64,000 nucleotides of DNA, taken from positions 32,001-96,000 of the forward strand of contig CAWIIV010000007.1 of assembly GCA_963836205.1 (NCBI GenBank), read 5' to 3'. Below, in pieces: positions 9,365-19,564 of this stretch. Position 1 is the first letter of the stretch. Every line of letters begins with the position of its first letter. A program made the position numbers and the translations under genes. The DNA comes from an uncultured Acidimicrobiia bacterium (GTDB lineage Bacteria; Actinomycetota; Acidimicrobiia; Acidimicrobiales; AC-14). A model generated the notes under the pieces. That model did no database searches, was not told the origin of the DNA, and worked only from the letters and a program-made list of their open reading frames with translations.

Positions 9365-10075
9365 TCAGATCCCCTCTTTGCGGGCGCGGATCACGAGCGT
9401 GCGGGGGACCCAGCGGGCGGCTTCGTCCCAGAAGGGGCTGCGGTTGCCTTCGACCGACGGCTCGGGCTCGAGGACGATGTCGACCCGGAACTTGGCCCGG
9501 CTGAGGCCGGTGAACAGGTCGGACACGGTGTGGTGGAAGCCGTCGGCCAGCGGCGTGTGGTCGAAGTACGACCGCCGGATCACCAACGCCTGGCCGTGGT
9601 GGTCGATGAGGTCGTAGACGGGATGGGGGAGGGAGAACACGAACGGCGCCCCCTCCTTGAGCACCCGGTGGACCTGGCGGAAGACCCGGTTGAGGTCCTC
9701 CACGAAGCCCAAGGCGTAGGCGGAGAACACCAGGTCGACGCTGTCGCCCCGCATGAAGGCGAGGTCGGCCAGATCGCCTTGATGGAGCTCGACCCGCACA
9801 CTCTCGGCGTCGGCCAGGCGCTTGGCCGCCGCCAGCTGGGGGGCGGCGAAGTCGAGGCCGATGGTGTGGGCGCCCTTCTTGGCCAGGCACACGAGGGACT
9901 GGCCGGCGCCGCAGCCCAGCTCCAGCACCCGCTTGCCCTCCAGGTTCCCGAGCAGCCGCAGCTCCGACTCGGTGACCACGTCGGGCCCGTACTGGACGTC
10001 GGCCACCGGGCCGAGCGACTTGGTGGTGTCACCGGGCGGGAGGCGTTTCCACCCGACCAGGGCGTCGTTGGCCAT
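9365..10075 (-). CDS. class I SAM-dependent methyltransferase
   Basis: VLELGCGAG motif I, DLVFS, RVLKEGAPFVFS..HP. Confidence 0.9.
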   Translation of the reverse strand: MANDALVGWKRLPPGDTTKSLGPVADVQYGPDVVTESELRLLGNLEGKRVLELGCGAGQSLVCLAKKGAHTIGLDFAAPQLAAAKRLADAESVRVELHQGDLADLAFMRGDSVDLVFSAYALGFVEDLNRVFRQVHRVLKEGAPFVFSLPHPVYDLIDHHGQALVIRRSYFDHTPLADGFHHTVSDLFTGLSRAKFRVDIVLEPEPSVEGNRSPFWDEAARWVPRTLVIRARKEGI

Positions 10076-10134
10076 AAGCGGCCATTGTGGCCGACCCGCG
10101 GGGTGCGGTCGGGGACACCCCCCTCGGCCCTCGC

Positions 10135-10662
10135 CTATTCCTGGGCGGCGGTCTCCAGCCCCAACTCGACCCAGCGGCGCACTTCGGGATCGGGATCGTC
10201 GGCCGCGATCCGCAGGACCTTGCGGATGGGCTCGTCGTCGGGCGAGGACGATACGACCATCGCCAGGTGGTAGGCGCCCATGCGCCGCAGCGGCGGCGTG
10301 CGCAAGAGGAGGTTGCACGCCGCGCCCACCGTCAGCCCCGCCTCGTGGGCCGCCACCGCCAAGGTGTCGACCACCCCGTCGTCGACCTCCTCGGCGCCGA
10401 CCGCGATGAGGCTGTCGCAGACGGTCTGGGCCAGCGCCCGGTGGGCGTGGCCCAACCGGCCGAGGATCCGGGCCGCAGCCGCCCGCCGCACCGAGTCGGA
10501 GTCGCCCAAGAGCGGCAGGACCGCGTCGAACGCGTCCCATTCGTGGGCGGCGATGGTCGTGGCCTGCTCGACGAAGGCCGCGGCCAGGGCGGGGTCGTCG
10601 GGATCGAGCTCGGCCGCCCGCCGGGCCTCGACTGCGGCCGTCACCTGCTCTGCGAGGGACAC
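10135..10662 (-). CDS. HEAT-repeat-like hypothetical protein
   Basis: LLGDSDSVRRAAAARILGRLG and DDPDPEVRRWV. Confidence 0.6.
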   Translation of the reverse strand: MSLAEQVTAAVEARRAAELDPDDPALAAAFVEQATTIAAHEWDAFDAVLPLLGDSDSVRRAAAARILGRLGHAHRALAQTVCDSLIAVGAEEVDDGVVDTLAVAAHEAGLTVGAACNLLLRTPPLRRMGAYHLAMVVSSSPDDEPIRKVLRIAADDPDPEVRRWVELGLETAAQE

Positions 10663-10690
10663 GATCCGCCCATACTGCCGCAGCCGCAGG

Positions 10691-11749
10691 TCAACCGTCC
10701 CCGTCGGCCTGGACGAACTGGCCCTGGACCAGCGCCGCGGTCGACTCCCGCTCGCCATCGACCACCACGTCGGAGAACGCCAACGGCAACCCGAACCCTT
10801 CCAGCGCCGTCGGCGAATCCTGCAGGTGGACGTGCAGGTGTGGCTCGGAGGAGTTCCCCGAGCTCCCGCACAGCCCGAGTGGCTGCCCCGCCTCCACCCG
10901 ATCGCCGGCCTTGACGGCCACGCTGCCCTCCTGGAAGTGGGCGAGGAGCACGTACTCGCCGTGGCCGACGTCGAGCAGCACATGGTTGCCGGCGGGGTCA
11001 GTGGTGTTGACGCCGCCCGTGAGGGGCTGGTTGTCGGCGATGCCGTCGACCGCGGCCACCACCTGGCCCGCGGCCGGGGCGACCACGGGCTGGCCCCACG
11101 CCCAGTAGTCGGTGTTGGCGGCTCCCGTGCCGGCGTGGGTCGCACCATCGCGCCACACCGCCAGGTCGTAGGCGTGGCGCTGGTCCGGCGCCCGAACGTG
11201 GTGGTTGGTGCGGTCGCTGTCCCCTCCCCAGAAGGTGAACCACTCGCCTTCGACCGGCAGCCGCAGCTGAGCCCGGACCTGGTAGCCGGCCCTGGGGTCC
11301 TCCGGTAGAGGGTCGAGCGCAGGCCGGATCTGGCCCGCGATGATCGAGTCCTCCTCGTCGAACACCATTCCGAACGACCAGCGGGCGTCGCCGACCTCGT
11401 GCTCGGCCGTGTAGACCCGGAACTCGGGACCCTGAATCAACGATCCCTCGTCGGTGCGGGCGCCGACGCCGCCCGCCCGCCGTAGCTCGGCGACGAGCTC
11501 GCGAACCTGGTCGGGGGGGAACTGGGCCGCCAGGTCGGGGCTGAACCGGGCCGCCACCGTGTCGGCGTCGCCGGCCTCGAGTCGGGCGACGACCTCGCGG
11601 CCGACCGCTTCCACCTCGCGCTGGGCGGACGCGTACTCGGCGGCGGCGGTCGCATCGGGGTCATCGCCCGACCCGCACCCGGCCGCCATCAAACCGACGA
11701 CCGCAGCCACGACGACCGGGAGCCCGAGCGTCCCGCGGGACAGGCGCAT
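10691..11749 (-). CDS. M23 family metallopeptidase lipoprotein
   Basis: Lipobox AAGC, AYD, GNHVLLD..H..EYVLLAH, GSSGNSSEPHLHVH. Confidence 0.88.
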   Translation of the reverse strand: MRLSRGTLGLPVVVAAVVGLMAAGCGSGDDPDATAAAEYASAQREVEAVGREVVARLEAGDADTVAARFSPDLAAQFPPDQVRELVAELRRAGGVGARTDEGSLIQGPEFRVYTAEHEVGDARWSFGMVFDEEDSIIAGQIRPALDPLPEDPRAGYQVRAQLRLPVEGEWFTFWGGDSDRTNHHVRAPDQRHAYDLAVWRDGATHAGTGAANTDYWAWGQPVVAPAAGQVVAAVDGIADNQPLTGGVNTTDPAGNHVLLDVGHGEYVLLAHFQEGSVAVKAGDRVEAGQPLGLCGSSGNSSEPHLHVHLQDSPTALEGFGLPLAFSDVVVDGERESTAALVQGQFVQADGDG

Positions 11750-11796
11750 CTCCTGGACCTACCCACCATCGTCGAGGCCGCCAACCTCATACCGGA

Positions 11797-12867
11797 TCAG
11801 CCGGCGATGAAGTCCTCGAGCATCTGACGGGCGACGTCGTCGTGGTACTGCACCGGCGGCGACTTCATGAAGTAGGCGGAGGCGGCCGGCAGGGGTCCGC
11901 CGATGCCCCGGTCGAGGGCGAGCTTGGCGCAGCGGACGGCGTCGATGATCACGCCGGCCGAGTTGGGGGAGTCCCACACCTCGAGCTTGAGCTCGATGTT
12001 CAACGGCACGTCGCCGAAGTTGCGTCCCTCCAGCCGGATGTAGGCCCACTTGCGGTCCTCCAGCCAGGCCACGTGGTCGGACGGGCCGATGTGGACGTCG
12101 TCGGCCGCGATCCCGTTGTCGAGCTGGCTGGTGACGGCCTGGGTCTTGGAGATCTTCTTCGACTCCAGCCGTTCCCGTTCGAGCATGTTCTTGAAGTCCA
12201 TGTTGCCGCCGACGTTGAGCTGGTAGGTGCGGTCGAGCACCAGGCCCCGGTCCTCGAACAGGCGGGCCAGTAGGCGGTGGACGATGGTGGCTCCCACCTG
12301 GCTCTTGATGTCGTCGCCCACGATGGGGATGCCGGCGGCCCGGAAGCGCTCGGCCCACTCGGGGTCGGACGAGATGAAGACGGGGATGGCGTTGACGAAG
12401 GCCACCCCCGCCTCCAGGCAGGCGTTGGCGTAGTAGCGCTGGGCGTCCTCCGAGCCGACCGGGAGGTACGACACCATGACGTCGGCCTGGGCGTCGCGGA
12501 GGGTCTGGGCCACGTCGACCGGCTCGTCGAGCGACTCCTCGATGGTCTGGCGGTAGTACTTGCCCAGCCCGTCGAGGGTGGGGCCCCGCTGCACCTCGAT
12601 GCCCAGCTCGCCGACCCCGGCGAAGCGGATGGTGTTGTTCTGGCCGGAGAAGATGGCCTTGCCCACGTCGAGGCCGACCTTGGCCGCGTCGACGTCGAAG
12701 GCGGCGACCACCTCGACGTCGTGGACGTGGTAGCCGCCGAGCACCACGTGCATGAGGCCGGGGACGGTCTCGGCCGGGTCGGCGTCGCGGTAGTACTCCA
12801 GGCCCTGCACCAGCGAGCTGGCGCAGTTGCCGACTCCCGCGATGGCCAACCGAATCTTCTTGGTCAC
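11797..12867 (-). CDS. ino1: myo-inositol-1-phosphate synthase
   Basis: [47 protein letters not shown]. Confidence 0.97.
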   Translation of the reverse strand: MTKKIRLAIAGVGNCASSLVQGLEYYRDADPAETVPGLMHVVLGGYHVHDVEVVAAFDVDAAKVGLDVGKAIFSGQNNTIRFAGVGELGIEVQRGPTLDGLGKYYRQTIEESLDEPVDVAQTLRDAQADVMVSYLPVGSEDAQRYYANACLEAGVAFVNAIPVFISSDPEWAERFRAAGIPIVGDDIKSQVGATIVHRLLARLFEDRGLVLDRTYQLNVGGNMDFKNMLERERLESKKISKTQAVTSQLDNGIAADDVHIGPSDHVAWLEDRKWAYIRLEGRNFGDVPLNIELKLEVWDSPNSAGVIIDAVRCAKLALDRGIGGPLPAASAYFMKSPPVQYHDDVARQMLEDFIAG

Positions 12868-13541
12868 TGCTGTCCTCCCGAATCAGGAATGGCCAGATCA
12901 GACTTCGCCTGGCGTTCGATAGCGATCAGGCGGTCGAGCCAGGAGATGTCGCGCTCCGCGGCCTCGGTGCCGTGATCGATCAGCGATTGCGTGTAGGTGT
13001 CCATGCGGTCCCGCCGGCCGCGGAGGCTGGTACGGGTGCGGTCCAGCCGGTCCTCCAGCTGGGCCCGCCGGCGTTCGAGCAGCCGAAGCCGCCGGTCGGG
13101 CGGCAAGAAGCGGCAGAACGCCAACTTGAGGTTGAACGACTTGTCGTCGTCGCCCACCGACTCGGCGTCGAGCAGCTCCTCGAAGAGCTGCTGGCCACGG
13201 TCGGTGATGGCGTAGACCTTGCGGGTGCGGGCGGAGCGGGGCTCGCTCCGCCGCGCGGCCGTGGCCGCTGCCCGTCGGGCGCGGAAGGCGGCCGCCTCGC
13301 CGGCGATGGAGCCGGTCATGGGGACGGCGGCCCGCAACGGGGCGTCGGGGGTGGTCGCCGTAGGCGCCGGGAAATCGACCGCCCGGACCGCCCCCGCCGT
13401 CTCCAGACGGTTGAGGGCCGGATAGAGCGAGCCGAAGGAAACGCTCGAGAACGGCCCGAGGGCCTCGGTGAGGCGCTTCTTCAGTTCGTACCCGTGGAGC
13501 TGCTGTTCCTTCAGCAGCCCCAGGACGGCCAACTCCAGCAA
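12864..13541 (-). CDS. PadR family transcriptional regulator co-transcribed with ino1
   Basis: [38 protein letters not shown] start with GGAAGGGG RBS. Confidence 0.92.
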   Translation of the reverse strand: MLELAVLGLLKEQQLHGYELKKRLTEALGPFSSVSFGSLYPALNRLETAGAVRAVDFPAPTATTPDAPLRAAVPMTGSIAGEAAAFRARRAAATAARRSEPRSARTRKVYAITDRGQQLFEELLDAESVGDDDKSFNLKLAFCRFLPPDRRLRLLERRRAQLEDRLDRTRTSLRGRRDRMDTYTQSLIDHGTEAAERDISWLDRLIAIERQAKSDLAIPDSGGQQ

Positions 13542-13551
13542 CCTGAGTCCC

Positions 13552-13582
13552 CTTCCGATATATCGATCCGATATATCGGAAG
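13552..13582. promoter_or_regulatory. perfect 14-bp inverted repeat, probable PadR operator
   Basis: CTTCCGATATATCG-atc-CGATATATCGGAAG, 10 bp upstream of the PadR start. Each half contains the palindrome CGATATATCG. Confidence 0.75.
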
Positions 13583-13666
13583 CAAGTATGCCACGGTGCC
13601 GACGTTGTGCAACCCGCGGCCCGCCTACGGGCGCCACGCTCGGGACGGTCGCCGTCCTTGTCGTGC

Positions 13667-13749
13667 CCGGGCGGAGGCGGGCCGGGCGGAGGCGGGCCGG
13701 GCGGAGGCGGGCCGGGCGGAGGCGGGCCGGGCGGAGGCGGGCCGGGCGG
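13667..13749 (+). repeat. 15-bp tandem repeat (GCCGGGCGGAGGCGG) x ~5.5
   Basis: Seen directly in the PadR/DUF5318 intergenic region. Confidence 0.95.
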
Positions 13750-13848
13750 TGCATGGCCCAACCGGCCGTGGCCCCGGCCCGTCACCGGTTCGACGGGGCG
13801 GACGACGCAAGCGGGGTCGTTCGCTACCCTGGCTGCGGTGAGGCGTTC

Positions 13849-14262
13849 GTGAGCTTCCGACCCGAATCGATCCGCGGCGCGGGCGCGTCTCCCGCGGGAC
13901 AGATCGACTACCGGCTGGTGCGACGGCACACCGTCGACGAGTTCCGCCGGGGCCGCCTCGGCCGGCGCGACATCTGCGACGCCCACCCCGAGCTCATGCG
14001 GGCCGCCCGGGGCATCGGCCGTCCGAGCCAACCGCTCGAGTGCCCCATCTGCGAGGAGTCGGCCCTGGTGCTCGTCTCCTTCGCCTTCGGGGCCAACCTC
14101 CCCCCGTCGGGCCGGGTCGTCGACACCCACAAGGAGATGACCAGGCTCTCCCGCCGGCGGGACGAGTGCACCTGCTACGTCGTCGAGGTGTGCCCCGAGT
14201 GCGCCTGGAACCACCTCGTCCGGGCCTTCCCCCTGGGCGGCCGCCGCACCGGCACCGGCTGA
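13849..14262 (+). CDS. DUF5318 family protein
   Basis: IDY.L.RR, CDAHPEL.RAA, CPIC, YVVEVC..C.WNHL. Usual position upstream of the class A PBP. Confidence 0.85.
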   Translation: MSFRPESIRGAGASPAGQIDYRLVRRHTVDEFRRGRLGRRDICDAHPELMRAARGIGRPSQPLECPICEESALVLVSFAFGANLPPSGRVVDTHKEMTRLSRRRDECTCYVVEVCPECAWNHLVRAFPLGGRRTGTG

Positions 14263-14314
14263 GCCGACCCCCGAGGCCCATCGCCCGCCCCGGCGAGGGC
14301 CGATGCCCGTCGGG

Positions 14315-14437
14315 TTCACGACGCTTTTGACGCTCGAGGCGTTCCGATCGTCAGAATCGTCGTGAAACGGCGCGTTCAGGGCCCGATCACGACCATTTCG
14401 GCGCGTGATGCATTCGGATCGTCGGAATCGTCGTGAA
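14315..14437. repeat. REP/BIME-like palindromic element, family A copy 1
   Basis: Ends TTCACGACG...CGTCGTGAA with a second internal GAATCGTCGTGAA. Similar to 38711-38852. Confidence 0.6.
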
Positions 14438-14770
14438 GTTGCCTCTGAGGGCCCGGGTACCAACCCTCTCGGCAGGGAATGTTCGGGCCCGTCGCGAGGC
14501 CTGGCACCGGGCTGTCGACGGGCCTCATCCCACCAGCGAGAAGGTCGGCTGGGGCCGATTCTGGGCTCCGGGGCGCCTGCCTTGGTAGTCTTCGAGTCTC
14601 GTGCGCCCACCCGTAGCGCTGTCTCCGAGCCGCCATCGGCGGTCGTTCGGCCAATCGCGGCCGGGTCCGGCTGCCGCCGGCCGGGGCTCCCACGACCCCC
14701 GCGCCGCCACCGGTCTCGACCTCGACGAGACGGTAAGGCTTGGCCCCCCGGGCACCGTCGGAGCCCCGAT

Positions 14771-17700
14771 ATGAGCCAGCAGGCCACCGGGCCGCACCCG
14801 CCGCCGGGCCGTTCCCGTCCGGTCGGACCCGACCAGAACCCGGCCGCCGCCCGCAAGCGCCAGCGGGCCGCAGCCGCCGCCCGCCGGGGCACGGCCAACA
14901 CGCTCCGTCCCCGCGCCGGCCAACCCGCCCCCGATCCCCACCGTGCCCGCACCGCCGCCGGCGAAATCGCCGATTCCCTCGGGCCCCGTCCCGCCGCCGG
15001 CCAAGTCCCGGACCCCCGCAGGACTCGCACCGCCGCCGGCGAGGTCGCCGATTCTCGCGGCCGCCGTCCCGCCGCCGGCCAAGCCCCGGACCCCCGCCGG
15101 CTCCGCACCGGTCCACCACCGACCGCCCCCGGCCCGCAGCCGATAACCGCCCGCCCCGCGGCCATCGACAGCGTTGCCGACCCCCGCAGCGCCCCCGCCC
15201 CGCAGCCGATCTCGACCCGTCCCCCGGCAAGCCAGGGCGTCGCCGACCCCCGTATCGCCCCCGGCCCGCAGCCGGTAACGGCCCGTCCCGCGGCCGTCGA
15301 CAGCGATGCCGACCCCCGCACCGCTCCCGGCCCGCAGGCGATGGCGAGCCATCCGATCGCCCCGTCCCGGCCGCCGATCGCTCCCGGCCCCACCCGGCCC
15401 CTGCGCGGCCCGGCCGCGGCCGACCGCCGGCTGCCGGGGCCCGTCGCCCGTGGCGCCCGGGGGGGTGCGGCGCCGGGCCACCGGACCCCCCTACCCCGCC
15501 GGACGGCGGGCGTGGCCACCGGACCCCGTGGCCGTCCCGTCGCCCGTGGCGGCCGGTCCGGGTCGACCACCACCCGCCGATCACCGACCGGGCTCCTTGC
15601 TGGCGGCACCGGCGTCATCGACCCCCGCCAGACCAACGGCCACGGCGGCAACGGCCAAGGCAACGGCCACGGCGGCAACGGCGGTCGCCGGGGCCGGAGT
15701 CGCGGCAAGAAGGCCAGCTTCCTGTGGCGGTACCGGCGGGTGTGGTTCCTGTTCGGCGTCATGGTGGTCACCGCCCTGGCCGGAGCGGCGTGGGTGCTCA
15801 CCCAGGTCCCCCTCCCGCCCGAGGCCGCCCTGTCCCAGACGACGATCATCTACGACGCCACCGGCAACCAGATCGCCACCCTCCATGGCCAGGAGAACCG
15901 CTTCCCGGTCAAGCTCGACCAGGTTCCCGCCATCGTCCAGAGCGCGGTCGTGGCGGCCGAGGACCGCAAGTTCTTCCAGCACGGCGGCATCGACCCCCTC
16001 GGCATCGCCCGGGCCACCTGGGCCGACGTCCGCCACAAGGGCGCCACCCAGGGCGGATCCACCATCACCCAGCAGTACGTCAAGCAGGTCTACGTGGGCA
16101 GCGACCCCACCCTGTGGCGCAAGCTGCGGGAGGCGGTCATCGCCATCAAGCTCGAACGCAAGCTCGACAAGCGCCAGATCCTCGAGCGCTACCTCAACAC
16201 CGTCTACTTCGGGCGGGGCGCCTACGGCATCCAGGCCGCGTCCCGCACCTGGTTCGACAAGGACGTCAACCAGCTCGGACTGCAGGAGGCGGCATACCTG
16301 GTCGGGCTCATCCGATCACCCTCCGCGGGCGACGTCGTGGCCGACCCCGCCCTCGCCTACGAGCTGCGCACGTTCGTGCTCCAGGCCATGGTCGAGACCA
16401 AGGCCATCACCCCCGCCCAGATGGCCGAGGTGGAGGCCACCAAGCTCGAGTCCTACGTGGCCGAGCGCACCGAGCTCGACTCCGAAGTGGCCCTGCCCGG
16501 CATCGGCGCCGAGTACTACGTCCAGTACGTGCGCCAGCAGCTGGAGAAGTCGTACTCCGAGGACTTCGTCCTCCGCCAGGGCCTGCGGGTCCAGACCAGC
16601 CTCGACCCCGAGCTCCAGCGCCAGGCCTACGAGGCTGTCTACGGGCTGCTCGACGAGCCCGGCGATCCTGCCGGCGCCCTCGTCGCCATCAACCAGGACG
16701 GCCAGGTGGTGGCCATGGTCGGGGGACGGGACTGGGACCAGTCCGAGGTCAACCTGGCCGTCGGCGACGAGGGCGGAGGCTCCGGCCGCCAGGGCGGCTC
16801 CACCTTCAAGCCCTTCGCCCTGGCCGCCGCGGTCAAGGAGGGCTACAGCCTGGAGTCGTCGTTCCGGGGACCGGCCAAGATCATCCTCCCCAAGGCCGAC
16901 CGGGGCAACGACTGGGAGGTCACCAACTACGAGGGGGCCTCCTTCGGACAGGTGAACCTCATCGACGCCACCGTCGACTCGGTGAACACCGTGTACGCCC
17001 AGCTGGTCGACAGCCTCGGGCCGGCCGCGGTCGTCGACACGGCCAAGCAGCTCGGCATCATCTCCGACCTCGAACCGGTGGCCTCCATCGCCCTCGGCAC
17101 CCAGAACGTGTCGGTCCTGGAGATGGCCAACGCCTACTCCACCCTGGCGCGGGGCGGGGTCCGCTACGAGCCCCAGGTGATCACCAAGGTCACCATGAAC
17201 GACACTGTCCTGCCCGACACCCGGCCCAAGGGGGTGCGGGTGCTCGAGAAGTCCCAGGCCGACCAGGTCAACTTCGCCCTCGAACAGGTGGTGGCCCGGG
17301 GCTCGGGCACCGGCGCCCAGATCAAGAACACCAAGGTCAAGGGCAAGACCGGCACCACCGAGGACTTCGGCGACGCCTGGTTCGTCGGCTCCACCCGCTC
17401 CCTCACGGTGGCGGTGTGGATGGGCTATCCCGAGGGCCAGAGCCAGCAGCTGCTCGACGTCCACGGGGTGCGGAAGGTGAACGGCGGCTCGCTGCCGGCC
17501 CGCATCTTCCAGCGCTTCCTGAGCGGCCTGCCCCCGGAGAACGACGACACCGCCACCGCCGCCCCCGAGTTCGAGGGTCGGGCGCTCACGCCCATCATCC
17601 GCTACACGACCCCATCGGCCACCGTCCCCGAACCGGAGCCCACCGTCACCAGCGTTCCCGACGGCTCCGTCACCCTGAGCGCACCGACCACCACGGTGGC

Positions 17701-17878
17701 GGAGGCCACCGGGGGCGACGATCCGGGTGAGGCAACCGCCGACGGCGACGCCTCGTCCACCGCCAACATCGACTCCGAGGCCACGGTCGACACCACCCCG
17801 GCCACCACCAGACCACCGCGCACCAACACCTCGCCGACGTTCACCCTGCCGCCCGGCGTGACCCTTCCCGGGGGATAG
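14771..17878 (+). CDS. ponA: class A penicillin-binding protein (transglycosylase/transpeptidase) with long repetitive N-terminus
   Basis: EDRKF..H.G, GGSTITQQ, RK..E, YLN..YFG; SxxK (STFK), SxN (SVN), KTG. Start uncertain. Confidence 0.92.
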   Translation: MSQQATGPHPPPGRSRPVGPDQNPAAARKRQRAAAAARRGTANTLRPRAGQPAPDPHRARTAAGEIADSLGPRPAAGQVPDPRRTRTAAGEVADSRGRRPAAGQAPDPRRLRTGPPPTAPGPQPITARPAAIDSVADPRSAPAPQPISTRPPASQGVADPRIAPGPQPVTARPAAVDSDADPRTAPGPQAMASHPIAPSRPPIAPGPTRPLRGPAAADRRLPGPVARGARGGAAPGHRTPLPRRTAGVATGPRGRPVARGGRSGSTTTRRSPTGLLAGGTGVIDPRQTNGHGGNGQGNGHGGNGGRRGRSRGKKASFLWRYRRVWFLFGVMVVTALAGAAWVLTQVPLPPEAALSQTTIIYDATGNQIATLHGQENRFPVKLDQVPAIVQSAVVAAEDRKFFQHGGIDPLGIARATWADVRHKGATQGGSTITQQYVKQVYVGSDPTLWRKLREAVIAIKLERKLDKRQILERYLNTVYFGRGAYGIQAASRTWFDKDVNQLGLQEAAYLVGLIRSPSAGDVVADPALAYELRTFVLQAMVETKAITPAQMAEVEATKLESYVAERTELDSEVALPGIGAEYYVQYVRQQLEKSYSEDFVLRQGLRVQTSLDPELQRQAYEAVYGLLDEPGDPAGALVAINQDGQVVAMVGGRDWDQSEVNLAVGDEGGGSGRQGGSTFKPFALAAAVKEGYSLESSFRGPAKIILPKADRGNDWEVTNYEGASFGQVNLIDATVDSVNTVYAQLVDSLGPAAVVDTAKQLGIISDLEPVASIALGTQNVSVLEMANAYSTLARGGVRYEPQVITKVTMNDTVLPDTRPKGVRVLEKSQADQVNFALEQVVARGSGTGAQIKNTKVKGKTGTTEDFGDAWFVGSTRSLTVAVWMGYPEGQSQQLLDVHGVRKVNGGSLPARIFQRFLSGLPPENDDTATAAPEFEGRALTPIIRYTTPSATVPEPEPTVTSVPDGSVTLSAPTTTVAEATGGDDPGEATADGDASSTANIDSEATVDTTPATTRPPRTNTSPTFTLPPGVTLPGG

Positions 17879-17933
17879 AATCGGGGCGCCGCCGGCAGGC
17901 TTGGGCCGCCGGACGGAAGGAGGTAGCACCGCC

Positions 17934-18803
17934 ATGGCTCCTGCGTCCCTGCACGTCACCGTCCCCGCCCTCCGGTCCCGCAAGGGAGGGACGCCCCTGG
18001 TGATGGTCACCGCCTACGACGCGCCCACCGCCCGGGTGGCCGACGAGGCCGGCGTCGAGATCGTGCTCGTGGGCGACTCGGTGGCCATGGTGGTCCTCGG
18101 CTACGACGACACCCTCCAGGTCACCGTCGACGACATGGCCCGCCACGTGGCCGCGGTCGCCCGCACCCACCCCCGTCCCCTGGTGGTGGCCGACCTGCCG
18201 TGGATGAGCTACCACGTGTCGCCGGAAGACACGGTCCGCAACGCGGCGGTGCTCGTGCGGGCGGGGGCGGGGGCGGTGAAGCTGGAGGGCGGACGGCGGC
18301 GCCTGCCCGTGATCGACGCCCTCCTCGGCGCCGAGATCCCGGTGATGGGCCACCTCGGGCTGACGCCGCAGTCGGTGCACATGATGGGCGGCTACCGGGT
18401 CCAGGGCCAGCAGGTCGAGGCGGCGGCCGGCCTGATCGACGACGCGGTGGCGCTGGCCGAGGCCGGCTGCTTCGCCATCGTGCTGGAGTGCGTCCCCCGG
18501 GAGGTGGCGGCGGCGGTGACGGCGGCCGTGCCGGTGCCCACCATCGGCATCGGGGCCGGTCCCGACTGCGACGGCCAAGTGCTGGTGTTCCACGACCTGG
18601 TCGGGTTGGAGGACCGGGTGCTGCCCAAGTTCGTGCGCCGCTACGGGTCGCTGCGGGCCGACGCGGTGGCGGCGGTGGCCGCCTTCGGCGCCGACGTGCG
18701 CGCCGGGCGCTTCCCGTCCGACGACGAGAGCTACCACCTGTCGGCCGAGGTCGCCGCCGCCCTGGGGACGGCGCCGCCGTCGTCGGCGTCGCGCAGCGCG
18801 TGA
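17934..18803 (+). CDS. panB: 3-methyl-2-oxobutanoate hydroxymethyltransferase
   Basis: MVTAYD, LVGDS, VKLEGG, GHLGLTPQS, IGIGAG..CDGQVLV. AGGAGG RBS. Confidence 0.97.
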   Translation: MAPASLHVTVPALRSRKGGTPLVMVTAYDAPTARVADEAGVEIVLVGDSVAMVVLGYDDTLQVTVDDMARHVAAVARTHPRPLVVADLPWMSYHVSPEDTVRNAAVLVRAGAGAVKLEGGRRRLPVIDALLGAEIPVMGHLGLTPQSVHMMGGYRVQGQQVEAAAGLIDDAVALAEAGCFAIVLECVPREVAAAVTAAVPVPTIGIGAGPDCDGQVLVFHDLVGLEDRVLPKFVRRYGSLRADAVAAVAAFGADVRAGRFPSDDESYHLSAEVAAALGTAPPSSASRSA

Positions 18804-19384
18804 CCCCCTACACCCGGCGAGCGCTGAACTGGGGGCTCCCCATCCTGGCCGTGCTGGCCATCGTCGGCTTCGTGCTCGCCGGTGCCGACGGGCCGCCCAA
18901 CCCCTCCTTCCGCCTCGGACCGCCGGGGGCGGCGCCCGACACCACCTCCCAGGTGCGGAGCCGGGTGAGCGGGTTCGGGGAGATCACGTTCCGGGTCGAC
19001 ACCACCGGGGTGCTCTTCGGCGGGGGGTCGGTGTCGGCCGCCCGCTGCGCCCTGCTGGCGGCCACGGCCGAGCAGCAGAGCCAGGGGCTGATGGGACGCA
19101 CCGACCTGTCCGGCTACGACGCCATGCTGTTCCGCTTCGAGCGCGACACCCAGTCCGAGTTCTACATGAAGGACACGCTCATCCCGCTGTCCATCGCCTG
19201 GTTCGACGGCGAGGGCCGGTTCATCTCGGCGACCGACATGCCGCCGTGCGGCGACGAGGATCCGTGCCCGACCTACGGGGCCGAGGCCGCCTACCGCTAC
19301 GCCCTCGAGGTGACGGAGGGCGACCTCCCGTCGCTCGGCATCGGCCCCGGCACCCGCCTGGTCATCGGCGAGGAGACCTGCTGA
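18800..19384 (+). CDS. DUF192 domain protein
   Basis: GLMGR..L..MLF, FYMKDTLIPLSIAW, YALEV. Confidence 0.88.
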   Translation: MTPYTRRALNWGLPILAVLAIVGFVLAGADGPPNPSFRLGPPGAAPDTTSQVRSRVSGFGEITFRVDTTGVLFGGGSVSAARCALLAATAEQQSQGLMGRTDLSGYDAMLFRFERDTQSEFYMKDTLIPLSIAWFDGEGRFISATDMPPCGDEDPCPTYGAEAAYRYALEVTEGDLPSLGIGPGTRLVIGEETC

Positions 19385-19443
19385 CCGCCTGACAGCGGCC
19401 CCCCAGCCGACGGACCGCCGCCCCGGCTCGTTGTCTCACCCCT

Positions 19444-19560
19444 TTGCCAAGCTGTGGGTGTGGACGGGTACCATGGACGTTTTCACCCCACACCCTGCCC
19501 CCGGAACCGTCCGCGGGGCCCTGCGCGTCACCACGCCAGGTCCAGAGGGAGGCAGTGCGC
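19444..19560 (+). promoter_or_regulatory. rpsF promoter and structured leader (candidate S6:S18 autoregulatory RNA)
   Basis: TTGCCA (19444) and TACCAT (19469). CTGCCCCC near 19496 can pair with GGGAGGCAG covering the RBS. Confidence 0.4.
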
Positions 19561-19564
19561 AGAC

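Noticed and set aside
13667-13749. CRISPR array
   Set aside because: Head-to-tail repeats without spacers and no cas genes. The same holds for the repeats at 28203 and ~29653.
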